Assembly (NCBI RefSeq): GCF_009914755.1
Contig: NC_060937.1
DNA: 64,000 nt
Direction: 5' to 3' (one strand)
Source of the DNA: the human T2T-CHM13v2.0 reference genome, Homo sapiens
Shown in pieces: positions 28,721-43,041 of this stretch. The stretch's first letter is position 1, and each line of letters begins with the position of its first letter. Under the pieces are notes generated by a model that saw only the letters and a program-made list of their open reading frames with translations, made no database searches and was not told where the DNA came from. The position numbers were made by a program, and so were the translations under genes.

Positions 28721-29607
28721 CTCTCTCTATATATATAAAACATATGTATATAACATATATATATCTAATTATATGATCTGTCCCTCTGTTTGCTTCCTTT
28801 CTTGTTGGCATGATTTTTGCTGACAAAAGGTAAAATTTCATTAGCCTTTTGGAGAGGTTTAAGATCTCTCCAAATTGTCTCCTCTGAGACTTGTTCTCCC
28901 ATTTACTTGTACTCCTCCTTTTCTTGCCACCTTTGATACCACATGAAAAGCTCTAAAGGGGACTTCTGGCAGCCCAGAATCCCCCTGAGGAACACAGAAA
29001 AAAAGGTGCCATACACATCTTTTTGGGGTGGTTCTGTCTTCCCCGTGAAGCCCCAAGAGTCACGGGCAGTGATGTCTCAGGACTAACACTCTACTTCCTT
29101 TTGCATTGAGTTCCCTGACCTCTTTGGCTTTTGGGAATACTGGAGATTGTTTTGTGTTATGAGAGACCACTTGATCTTCGGGTGTATGATGGCTGGTAAG
29201 GCACTAGCAAAAGCTAAAGTTTGGGAGGTGCCTCACAGAGGTTGCAGTGAATGGATATCTTTGCCTGTCTCTTATCTGTAAACATGTAAACATGTAACCC
29301 AAGTCTCTACACAGCTGCCAATCCTACCTTAATAAGCTTTCTAAAAGTAAAGTTTAAAATGGGGGACTAAAGAAAACCAAAAATATTTATCCCAAAATAT
29401 ACTTCTTTGACATCTTTCAAGGTGGCTATTCAGAGGAGCTGCAGACAAGAATAGCCTTGAAAAGCTGCCTTTTGTGGAAGAAACTTGCATCTGTAGAGTA
29501 AATCTGCATTGGTGAAATGAACAGCCACGCTTTCCCTGACGCCGCCACATACTTTATCCAGATCTAGAAAAGACTAACTGAAAATCTGACACTTTTGAAT
29601 GTCTGGC

Positions 29608-29971
29608 AGAGAAGCTTTATCAGAGACTAACATCTATTCTTTCTGAAAGCTGCTACCTGTGAGGTTTTATCTATACAACAAGGCTATTCTTGCCCCATGC
29701 CCTTCTCTTTCCCTCCCTCCCATAACCTGTTTTACCAAGCTCCAAGCCCCGATTCTTTTTGTTACCTCAACATGATATAAAGGTGTCTGTTACTTGGCCC
29801 TTTGAGTTTTCATATTTTGTATGACTGCCATGAACACACATGCATGTTAGTCAATTTTGTATGACTTTACTCCTATTGATCTGCCTCTTGTCCATTGATT
29901 TTTAGTGAATCTTTAGAGAAAAAAGGGTAAGTTTTCCCTTAGGTCCTACACAATTATCCACCAAACTTAAT
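29608..29971 (+). repeat. Inverted repeat arm 2 (3' part of the 3' LTR plus 21 bp of flank)
   Basis: Reverse complement of 28358-28720. Confidence 0.97.
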
Positions 29972-30473
29972 TGCTTTAAAATGAGAAACTGAATACATAA
30001 GTGTATGTAACATATTTTGCAAGTTTAGCTGTGTCTGAGGCAGAAAATGGAGCAATACCTAGAAAGACGACAAAAGGACAATTCATTTATTTTCTTTTTT
30101 TCTCTTTCTCTTTCTCTTCCTCTCTCCCTTTCATTCTGTACTGGAGAGACTTAGCTTGTGTTGAAGTCTGAATGGAAGCCATTTATGGATATGCAAAGAG
30201 GAATGGATAATTGATGAAGCATGGTAACAAAGATTATTTTCATCTGAGTACAAAGATAAAGGTAAGACTGGGTGAAGATTCAGCCATGTTTGAGAATTGA
30301 GTGACAGGCAGTCACAGGCAAGAAGATTCTGGAACAATACAGAAGTAGAGGCAAAAACTATAACTACTCATATCTTTTGCCCCTGTAGACTATAACTATT
30401 ATAACTAATAAAGCCTTTGAGTTTCAAATTACCAAAGCACAGGCCTTTTTTCCTTATTAGGTAAAATTTAGAC

Positions 30474-30767
<294 letters not shown>

Positions 30768-31132
30768 TAGACTGTTTTTAGGGAAATACTGGTTTATTAC
30801 TTTATTATCCTGTGTATAGAAAGCCTGAGAAATTAGAAAATGCCCTCACTGAACAGGCAGAGGTGTAAACCATGAAGCAAGTCGCTAAATTTCCCTGAAT
30901 TTTATTGGAATTCCTCTGAATTTTATTAGAAAAATATGAAAGAGGATAGTCAGTAAAAGCCTGGAAAGAGGCTACTGGCAGACAATAAAACTTAAAGATA
31001 GATAGAGTAAATAAAGCCAGGCTAGGGGTTTTAGGTTTTTGAGGTAGTAGGGTGCAGCAGAGGGGGTAGAGTCAGAATATGGGATGTGATTGAAGATATT
31101 TGATCAGAGAAAGGTTGTGATAAAATGTTATG

Positions 31133-31137
<5 letters not shown>

Positions 31138-31170
<33 letters not shown>
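31138..31170. repeat. (TG)n microsatellite
   Basis: Seen directly. Confidence 0.98.
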
Positions 31171-31173
<3 letters not shown>

Positions 31174-32849
31174 TTTAATAGGACAAAGGCAGTGGTTCTT
31201 TAGCTGATAATGAATTATGTATGGATTATCTGGAGATGGATATAGGTAGGTAACTATTGCAAGAGTCTGAGCAAGAAATTATAATTGCCTAGACTTAGTG
31301 CAGATACCTAATCAAGTAATATTTACAAGGACCTTGATATTGATTACATGGTGCATATAAGATAAGTCAAGTATTTCTTTTACATTTCTTACAGTAAGAT
31401 AAAATAGGTAGTTAAAATATAGTCAGAACATAGAAGAGCAAATTGCAAATTGGACACATTTTTGAAAAAAACAAATCTATGCTTACAATATTATCTTAAG
31501 ATTATTTTAAAATGTCGTGTAGTCTATTAATATACTTAAAAGATATGCATGTATTTTGCAGGTTTTGCTTGTTTTTTTAAGTATTATCAATACACGCAAA
31601 ATCCTATATTTAACTTCATGCAAATATGAGCAGAGAGTTTCTCAACAGGCACCACATAAGGGCTCAGATACACTAAACTAACCTTAAATTTTTCTCTTTT
31701 GTGCATAACTTGGTCCTTTTTGTTATTTCAGATTTTATTTGACTTTATCTTTTATATATTTTATCAAACAATATGTCTGTAATATCATTTCCACAGAGCC
31801 ATTTTATTTTGAAAGTGGCAAAAAGAGGGGCACGTCCATTCTAGTGCTAATATTTTCTTATTAATTACTCTCTTCAAATAAGTTTCACGGGGGTTGATTC
31901 ACTTGAATTTAAAACAGAAAAGAAATACTTCCCAGAAAACATACCACGTCCCTCCCTCCAGCTTGAGTGCTGCTTAGAAAATTGCTAAAGTACTTGGATA
32001 GAATGGAATACACGGTATTATTTCTCAGAAATTTAAAAATAAATTTGACAGTTGAAGTTTTTGTGCCATTATGTTGACCTTTATAATCTAAACATTGGGA
32101 AATAGAACGTGTGATTATGTTTTAATTAGTCTATTGACAATTTACATTACAGAAGAGGACAAAAATGCTTTTAAGATGAGATAATGCAAAGGAGAGGGCT
32201 GACTATTTTGTTTTTAAAATCTTGTACTCTTTGTAACAGCCTAAAGAAATGCATATTTTACTCTCCTAGGTTATCAGGAGAACCACAATTAGAGAATTTT
32301 ACTTTAATGTGTTCACAAATGATTCATAATACCCAGTATAATGAGGAGTTCAAAATAACATTACGCAATCATAACTATACCTCTTATTACATTGACAATC
32401 TTTATTTTACATTATAAAGAAACTCCAGACTTCCATAGTTTTTTTGAATGGCTCTTAGACCTAATGGGGAAAACATGTCCCATTTCTACATGTGCTATAT
32501 ACCTACCAGAGCACCTCAAGTGTATCTTACCAATAAAATTGAAAAGTCAGGTGAAATGGAGATGTTTTTGCTTATTTTGTTTTGTTTTTAATGCTTTGAA
32601 GATGTTTAGTCTACAATTCTATGTTTTCTTTATGAGCATTTAAGTTGAATGGAAATGTAAAACCAAATTAGAGGCTGGTCATTTCATAGGGGTTATATGT
32701 AGGCTGCTACTAACACAAAACCTAGGGAGTTTGCTTTTAATTCCCAGGTGCGTAACAGAAGCAGGAGCTAAAGATATGTCATATATATATATATATACAA
32801 AGACAAATTTCAAAGGAGTAAAAGGCATAATAATAATATTAATCATAAT

Positions 32850-33560
32850 AATATAAGGACCTATGAAGAAAACAAAGGAATTTCTTTTTATCTAAATCAA
32901 GGAAAATACTCCCATTAAGTAGCATTTGGAATACAGAAGCAATGAAAGAGGAAAAAAAAAGGGATAAAATCATTTACAAAGCAAAGTCATCATAAATAAA
33001 GTAAAAAATAAAATTAAAATTAAGCTAAAACATTTGCAATTAATGTCACAAAGGATAATATTCCAAGTATAAAGAGTTTTTAATGCTTGAGAATAAAAGA
33101 ATCACAATCTTAATGAGATACAGATCTGAGAAAGCAATTCAGAGAATTTTAAAGAAAACTACAAATGCCCTTTACATTTATAAAAAGATACATCTCAGTC
33201 AAAAGAAGATACATATAAATTGAAACAAAAACAAGATATTAAATGTAACTTATTATTGGCAAAACTCCAAAGTTTCATAACATACTCTGCTGTGGGTGTG
33301 GGGAATCATGTATGCTTCTATTCTGGCAATATGAAATGATTATGCAAAATGTTGTTTTATAGTGGCATTATTTGTCATAACAAAAATTGGAAACAATCCA
33401 TTAATAGAAACCTGAGTAAGTTATGGAGTATAACCACATATTAAACATGCAGTTGTAAAAAGTAATGAGAAGATTTCTTCTTGTCGTATGGATATATGGT
33501 TAAGTTTTAAAAGTAAGGTATAAAATAGTATGCAAAGAGTTGTATTTACACATATACACA
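32850..33560 (+). mobile_element. Old L1ME-like 3' fragment with internal deletions
   Basis: aagcaattcagag...ggcattatttgtcataacaaaaattggaaacaatcca. Confidence 0.55.
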
Positions 33561-33998
33561 TTTTTAACTGCAAAAATAAACATTACATTAACACTTGCAG
33601 AAAAGCATTTGCTGATAGCCAACACACTTTCTTGATCAAAACTCTCAGCAAACTAGGAATACAAGGTAACTTCCTAAATCTGAAAAAAAGTATCTACAAA
33701 AAACTCAGTGCTAACATCCAACTTAATGGTGGAAGACTGAATATTCTCTTTAAAAGAACAGAAATAAGGAAGTCTAGTCTCATAACTTCCATTCAATATT
33801 GTACTGGAGGTTCTAGTCAGTAAAATAAGGCAAGAAAAAAGAGGTACCAGAATAGAATTAGCAATTTTGTGGGATATAAAATCAAAATACACATTTTTGT
33901 TTTTATACTAGCAGCAAATATTAAAAATTTTAAAATGCCATTTACAAGAGCATCAAAAATATGAAATATAAATAAATATGGCAAATTAGGAAGCCCAG

Positions 33999-34005
33999 TA
34001 CATAC

Positions 34006-34054
<49 letters not shown>
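33999..34054. repeat. Compound (TA)n(CA)n(TA)n microsatellite
   Basis: Seen directly. Confidence 0.95.
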
Positions 34055-34322
34055 AAACATTGCTTAGAGAATTTAAAGAAGACCTAAGTAAATGAAGAAA
34101 TATACCATCTTGATGGGTATAAAGACCAAATATCACCAAGATGTCAATTTAACCGAAATTGATCTACAAATTTGATGCAATCCCAATAAAATCCCAGCAG
34201 GGCTTTTTAAAAATAGAAAGTGACAAACTGATTTTACAATGTCTATACAAATTCAAATGACCTAGAACAGTCTAACCAATATTGAAAAAGAAGAAAACAT
34301 TTGGAAAACAAACACTACTTAA

Positions 34323-34622
<300 letters not shown>

Positions 34623-35102
34623 AACACTACTTAATTTCAAAACTTAACAGTATAGCTACCATAATCAAGACAAAAATCAAGACAGTGTGATACCGGTATA
34701 AAGGCAGATGAGTAGAAAAATAGAATGCAGTAGGGTCCAAGAGAGATTTGCATGTATATCGATAACTAACATATTATTGTCAAAACTCTAACTCTACAGT
34801 ACATATGGGAAAACATGCATTCTTCTACTCTGGTAGTATGAAATGATTATGCAAAATGTTGTTTCATACTGGCATTATTCATCATAACAAAAACTGTTAT
34901 GACATCAACAAAAGAAATGATACCGGAAAATATGCAAGAAAACAACCTTCAACCCGTAATTTGCACTATATACAAAACATTAATTAAAAATGGATAGTAG
35001 ACCTAAATGTAAAATCTAAAATTATAAAACTCCTAGAAGAAAACATAGGAGTAAAAACTCTGTCATCTTGGGTTATGAAATATTTATTTAATATAATAGT
35101 AA

Positions 35103-35417
<315 letters not shown>

Positions 35418-37658
35418 AAAAGACACTTTTAAGAGAGAGAAAAGACTATCCACAAATAGGAAGGATATATTTGCAATGTATATATCTAATAAATTCTTGT
35501 ATCCAAAACGTGAATTATTCTCAAAACACAATAATAAGAAAATCAGCAACACGATAAAAATGGGCTAAGTATTTGAACAAACACTTTCTCAGAAAGATAT
35601 GCAGATAGCAAATAAGCACATGACAATGCTAAAATGCAGTAGTCAAGCACATACCTATTAGAATGTCTAAAAGTTGAGAAAACATAATTTTTCTATACTG
35701 CTGTTGGGAATTTAAAATACTACAATCACTTTGTATAACAGTTTCACAGTTATTGAAAAAATTAAACATACACCTATCATCAAATCTAGCAATTCTACTC
35801 CAATATTTGCCCAAAAGTAATGAAAGCATACATACTTACAAAATTCTGTACATAAATGTTCTTTGCAACTTTATTTGTAATACCCATAAACTGAAAATAA
35901 TTTAAATGTCCATATGCTGATGAATGAATAAAGAAATGTGATTCATCCTTCCTATGGAATACTACTCAGCAATAAGGTGCAGTAAGACATATTAATACAG
36001 ACAGTATTGATCCATCTCAAAATCATTATGCCAAGTATGAGAACTCAAACACAAAAGACATGTACTATAAAATTTCAATTATGTGCAATTCTGTAAAAGG
36101 CAAAACTGTAGAGACAGAAAGCAGATCAGCAGTTGCCTAGTGAATGGGCATAGAATGGAGAAGGAGCTGGTGGCAGGAGTGTGGAGGGGAGAATTATACA
36201 GGCTTAAGGAAATTTGGGGGGATGATGATTATGTTCATTTTCTTGATTGTGGGGATGACTTCATGGGTGTATAGATGTGTTGAAACATCTAATTGTACAC
36301 TTTCAAAATGTGTAGTTTGCCAAATGTTAACATCTTAATAAAGCTGAGAAAATAAAATAACAAGAAAAATGACACAGGAACTCACAAAAACCAGCTTCCA
36401 GTGGCCAGATATCGAACAATCTGATCATTGGAAAGAATAATAGCTACAGTGGATTGACCCATATTGAAATAGAAAAACTCCTAATTTCAAAATGATACTC
36501 ATAAAAGAGATAATGGGAAAAAAAGCAAGAAAAGTTCTTAATATTTATCCTATATTTTTTCTATGCAAACTATTTCAGGATAACCAAATAGATCAATCTG
36601 AGTATTAAAAGTTATTACATATAGAAAGAAAATTTTGAGCTAATAAATGATAAATGTGAAATAACTGTTTCAGACAAAGTTCATTAAGGAACAAAATGTT
36701 AGATAAATGATCTCTGACAATCACTCTGTGACTAACCAATCTGTAACTTCCCAATAAAGTAGAGGGCAAGAAGATTCTAAGAAGATAATTTATAAAAGAA
36801 CTTCTACTGCTCAAAATATTTATTTATGTTCTTTACTGAATAGAGTTGCTTTCAGCTTTCTTACTATTATCTTTGCGTGTGTGTTAGTATTTACTAAATT
36901 GCTATACACATTTCTATCTTATATGCTGTAGAAATATATTTTACATGTCTTTCTAATATATGAAGAAATATTAAGCAAAATTTATAATTCTATTTAAAAT
37001 AGAGTTTTGGAATAGAAGTGATTCTCCAAAAGGTGATCTATTTATTTTTCAAGAAAGTGAAAACTTTAAAATTTAGATGCATAAAAGACACTAAAACTGT
37101 GATTTGTTTTCAGGGAATTAACGAAGCATAGAGCAAATGTAATTAATTATAAAATTCAGTAGGAAATTAGATGAAAATATGACTCGTAATCTAAAAAGTA
37201 AAAGTCTGCTAATTAACACTCAAACTCAGAAGACACCTGAAATGGTTTCTTACAAATATGTCTTTATTGTATACACAATGAAGAAAATCCCATTTTTGTC
37301 AGGTTTGCCCTCATTTCTGGTAAATTATTTATATGTATTCAAATACACCAATTTAAATATTTCTATTTAAAGAGCCTAGGAAAATAATTTTTCATTACAT
37401 AGAATCATAAAAATGAACGAATGTGTTCTTCTGCCTTGTTCGTTTATTTCCCCCATGAAACCTCATTTGATACTGTACTTTAAGTGGAAATGAATATCCC
37501 CAAACTAAGGAAAATAGGTCATTTGCAAGGCTTTTCTTCCAGTTTCATAAAAATCTGCAGTAATGGGCTCTGGTACAAAGGCTTCACAAACCTAGTGGTT
37601 AGAATATTTTTCTTTATTCTTCAAAAATATTTCCTTTTGTTTCATTTTGTGTGAAAAT

Positions 37659-38121
37659 TGTGAAAGGAAAATAAATCTTACGGCCCCCAAATCACTAAGC
37701 TAAAGGGAAAAGCCAAGCTAGGAACCACTTAGGGCAAACCTGCCTCTTGTTCTATACAAAGTTACCCCTCTGCTCACTGAGATAAATGCAGATTTGATTG
37801 CCTCCTTTGGAGAGGCTTATTAAAGAATGCAACCCTTTGTCTCTTATCTACCTATGACCCGGATGCCCTCTCCCTGCTTCGAGTCTTCTGATCTTTGCTT
37901 CGAGTTGTCCCACCTTTCCAGACCAAACCAGTGTTCATCTGACATACGTTGATTGATGTCTCAGGTCTCCCTAAAATGTGTAAAACCAAACCATGCTCTG
38001 ACTGCCCTGGGCACATGTCGTCAGGACCTCCTGAGGCAGTGTCACTGGTGCGCGTCCTCAACCTTGGCAAAATAAACTTTCTAAATTAGCTGAGACCTGT
38101 CTCAGATACTCGGAGTTCATA
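37659..38121 (+). mobile_element. MER4A1-like ERV1 solo LTR
   Basis: tgtgaaaggaaaataaatct...gagacctgtctcagatactcggagttcata; perfect TSD AAAT. Confidence 0.88.
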
Positions 38122-38519
38122 AAATCCAAAGTGTTTTTATATTCTCCTCAGTCGAGTTCAGCAAATAAATATGGAATATCATAAGAATAATGAATACTGT
38201 TTGTCAATTGTTTAATTTGTGACAGGCATATGCACAATATGCTCACCTTACAACAACCTCAGATGGACTTGCCATCTCCAGTTTATAGTGGGTGAGACTA
38301 TACAGAAAGTCTGAGTAGACCCCCCGCCCCTCCAAAATACAAAATTCAACCCCAACAGGGTTAGGAAACACTCTTCAATACAATTTTCAGCCACCACCGG
38401 GCCCTCACTCCTGGGTGGCAAAATTAATGTCTGTTCTTGACAAGACAACAGTGAATAACAATACAGGCTTTGCTCCCTACGCACGTGGAATGAGGGAGCA
38501 GGCAGGTGACATATTATTC

Positions 38520-38655
38520 AAAAATTCCTTATCTCACTTAGGCTCCATTTCCTCTCCTGTTAAATGCAATTAACAAGATAGCAGGGTTACTAGAAGAATA
38601 ACCTTAGACAATGTGTGTGAAACGTCGGGCACAGAGTAGGCACTCATGAAATTTC
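38520..38655 (+). mobile_element. MIR fragment
   Basis: catttcctctcctgttaaatg...tgtgaaacgtcgggcacagagtaggcactca. Confidence 0.65.
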
Positions 38656-39809
38656 TGTTCTCCTCTATTCCATAAGTCTGTAAAAAGGAAGAGATTTAGA
38701 ACAAAGGAAAGAATTCTGAAGGCAAATTAATTTTTAAAAACTTCCAGTGATGTTTATTTATGATGGAATTTCAGTTTAAAGAGTAAAATACTTCACATTC
38801 TCAATAAAAAGTCTAAAAAATCACTAGTACACAAAATTCACTCTTAACAAAATTACTTTAATGACTGGTGGTAAATGTGCTCTTGAATATTGGACGATTT
38901 GAGAGTAGCAAAGTGCTTTATTCTTACAAGGATCATTTGTTCTGTATTTGACAAAAACGAACATTTCATTCTGTTTTACTTTTAAATGGGTATTATTGTC
39001 TTTGATATTTGACACTGTCAATTAAAATGTCACACCAATCAGAAAAGCCCATTCATACTTAATAGGTAGACTGCAGAACAGAATGTACCTTTGACTGATT
39101 TACGGCTTGAAAATCCTACATAAACAATGTTGATATTTCCATTTTTACCAAGTATCAGCATAAGACATTTCACAACTGTTGTTTAAGCAAAACACAACTG
39201 TTCATCGCTATAAAAAACAGTAGCAAGTAACAGAATGTTAGTTTAAAAAAATACTGCCTATTTACTAAAAATGAGTAGTTGTTACAGTAGTATGTTTTAA
39301 CCTTTAACTTGGTAAGCTTTATGTTCATTAACCATCAAAACATACTGTTTGAATTTGAAGTTGTTGGAACTGAGGGCTATGATTTAGAATATTTTTGGGC
39401 AATGTTTACTAGTTGTATTTTTATGAGTGAAACTGATCATTAGCATATGAACCTTGTAAGTATAGATCCTAAATGCTCTTTCTTTGTCAGAGCCTTGATA
39501 GCATCTTCTCCTGAACTTGAATTCTGAATATCTTGATGTTGCTTGTTCTCATTTAAATGTTAATATGGTCAATAAGTTTAATTGCATAACAACTTTCATA
39601 TCAAGCTTATTTCTAATTAAGTACTTCAAAATAAAGAACAAACTTTCTAAACATTTTACAGGTATAATATTGCTTTACAATCATGTGAAGAAATTTCAAA
39701 TACCCAGAGACAACTTCATGAGAAGAAATTGCTCTTATTCTCTCACCTTTAGATTGATGGGTTAGAAATTACACCTCTTTCTCTATGCTAGGACTGCTTT
39801 TTATGAGGG

Positions 39810-39811
<2 letters not shown>

Positions 39812-39854
<43 letters not shown>
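39812..39854. repeat. (TG)n microsatellite
   Basis: About 21 units. Confidence 0.98.
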
Positions 39855-39856
<2 letters not shown>

Positions 39857-42800
39857 GCTGATCAGGTTATCAGGACAGGAATTCAAGAGGAAATACATTA
39901 CCCTTGAGTTCTGGGGAACTTAGACAGATTTATGGAATGTATTTGTGTGCTCAAGCATATCAAGACCTGCATAAAAACCAGTGCATTCCCGAAACTCAAA
40001 ATCATTTAGTAATCTCTCTTACATCCCATCTCTTTATCAAGGAGATCCACCCCACAACCATCACTAAAGCTTCAAAAGCCTATCATTTAAAACAAATCTC
40101 TAGGCAATCCCTTGTTTTTAATATCAGAGGCTTATTACTTGTGCTTTAAATATAGACACTAATATGGAAATTTGGATTTTAAAAACCTTATGTTTATATG
40201 CACATATACAACTGAAGCAAAGGCTATTAAACATCTTTGGCTTTTTAATTGCAATCTCTCTGGGCTTTATGTCTTTTAAAAAAAAATCTGGTAAAGCCAG
40301 CAAACAGTAGTGTCAAACTAAAGGTCAGACTAATACCTGGGAAGGTGCAGCAATGGATTTAATGGGGCAAACTGATGAAACTAAGTCAGCTTAATTCAAA
40401 GCAGCAGGAGCAACAGATGCTGTTGCCTTTGTTTATTTTCCCTTGTTGCCAGATGGAAAAGGAAAAATAAATACTAGAACGGAGAAGAAAGCTGCTGAGT
40501 TGTGTTTCTACTCCATCTTAGCTTGCTGCAAAATTTCAATATGCAAAGTGCTCCAGTGATCTAAGCAAAGTAGTTTGTTTTGGAGTGGACTTTGCATCCC
40601 TGGTAACTATCTCTACCTTAGAAATAGAAGTAGCAATAGGATGGTAATCACCTATATAAAGCTCAGTTGTTTTATCTCATGCAAAATGAGGTAATTATAA
40701 TATATTCAATTTTCTGAAAAGTCTTAAGGCAATTATGAATGTATGCATGCCAAGACTAGACTGTATACTTTTTGAAGGCAAAGATTCTCTCTTGTTATTA
40801 TTATACTTTGAGCAACCTGCATTACACAAGCAGTAGATACTAGTGAGTAAATGGCTAGGATACAACATGGAATCAATTTTGTTTTCCCAATATTATTGAA
40901 GAATTCTTGAGTACTCATTCTATACTTGTCATAAGAGTCCTCTTTTGCACTTCTTTTTGTAATAGTACTGCTGAGGCCATGTAATCTAAAGTGGAGTCCA
41001 TAAATTTTGAATTTAATAATTATTTATCCAGGAGCTGGCATAAGCCAGGAAGGTTTAGGCAATGGAGATACAGTAGTAAACACTAAAACTCATGGAACTT
41101 ATCTTAAAAGCAATGAACACAATAAACAAATGAGATAGTGTTTATGTTAGCTTGGACTCCCTAGGAGATGAAGTCAAAGAGTAATTGCTGACTCTTCAGT
41201 GAGATGTGTAATACTATGGAAGAAGGAGTGAAGGAAAAGTTCAGTGTGTTGGGAGAGAATGGGAGCAAATACATGATGATGTGTTATCCAGGTAGCCACT
41301 GCTTCACTGTCATGATCATTCGTCTAGGAGGGATCATTCTGGAGAGGATTGAGGGAAAACTAGGAGCAGTCATTGGGAGATAGGAAGGGAAATTATCTGC
41401 CTATCTTTAGCTCCCTTACTATTTTCTAGCTTTCATTGGAGAAAGTTCCCCCAAGGGAGTTGTGAGAGTGGTAGAGATGGTTAAATCCCAATTTCAGTAC
41501 TTCTGGAATACCTGGCCCCTTGGAGCAGCTGCTGGGGAAGCCAGATCCCGTGTCTCACGGTATGGAGCTTCTTTGGGGTTTGGTAATTACCATAATCTCT
41601 GTAGGTCATATTGGGAGGACATAGATGTCATTATAAACACTTTATAAATGCAGTATTTGACCCAGCACTGAGCATGTAGCTCAAATCAGTGGGCTAATTC
41701 ATTCCCTGGATATGTTATTCTCACGTAAGAGGGAGAAGTTTCATTTCTGAGGTTACTCAGGGTCAATGATGTAATCTTTGGGTTGCTATTGTGGGCTTTG
41801 AAAAAATATAAATTTTATGAAATTTAGTATAGATCTGGCAATAAATCAAATAAATAGTTATAAATAAAATATAAACACATTATATACCAAATAATGTCTC
41901 TCTGTCTGTCTTGTAGGCATTAACTGAAATAAAACCTTGGGATAAGCACTTAATAGCTTACCTTAGTTTAGTTTTGCACCAAAGCATTCTATAAACTCTA
42001 AATATTCAAATTCTGTTTTAAAAGTATTTCCTTAAATATATGTAAACCACATGCAATATATTAGTGCTGAAAGAAAAATAGAAACTGAGATTTTCATCAT
42101 ACATCAATGCAGACCTAATAAATTAACATACACCAGAAGGTCTCCTTTCTTTTCTATGGCATCTAATTACTCTAAATATATTAGTGCATATATTTGCATA
42201 ATTGTTTCACATATTGCTTAGCACTCTTAAACATCCACTTAAAAGATGTACATATTATTCTGTATCATTTAATTCATTGAAGATTTCAATCCATCCAACA
42301 TGTAATTGAAAATATATACAGTATTTGAGTATGCTTATAGATATATGCATATATATTCAAGCGTTAGAAATGCATTGTGTTTGGTAATTTGAATATGCAA
42401 ATTAGTCTTGATGAACGCTAAGAGGGCTTTCTATCCTGGCCTTGTTTGTTCAGATATTTTAACTCATTCATCTCCCTAAAAATCTCATAGAAGATTTTAT
42501 TGAAACTTCCCTCAAATATATTCCAAAGCTTATATGGTGGCCTACAGGACAGAATCCAACAGGAAGAGAGGCCTACTGTATCGAAAAATTACAAAATCAA
42601 AATTAAAATTTAAGCTTACCTTCAGAAATATAGACAAAAATGAAGGAGTAAAAGGAGAAAGAAATAATAATACATTGTTAATAAGTTACTAACTTCTAAT
42701 CGCAAGTTATTCTGTCATACCAGTTCAATCAACAAATTGGTACAGAAAATAATATCAGACACTTAGGAATGCTAAATATTTGTAAATAAATTCATTTACA

Positions 42801-43041
42801 AAATGAACAAAAAAACAAAAAGTTAGGTTTAATAGTTTAGTATTTTATCAGAGAAAATTGGAGAGATTTGTAGAATTTAACCAACAACAGAAATAATTCA
42901 GAAAATATTAAGAAACATTGTAGATTAAACTATGACAAATTACCTTGATATGCCAAATGTAAGAAAAAGCTAAGTGTATTCAAGACACATATAAGCAACA
43001 ACAAAAAAGATGTACGTATATACATAAAAGGCAACTTTTGA

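Larger units (their letters stand above)
24282..29950 (+). mobile_element. Non-coding ERV1 MER4-group provirus (LTR49-like LTRs), no recognisable gag/pol/env
   Basis: Two related LTRs (24282-26307, interrupted; 29368-29950); PBS at 26312; PPT aaaatgggggac before the 3' LTR; possible TSD aaat/caat. Confidence 0.85.
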
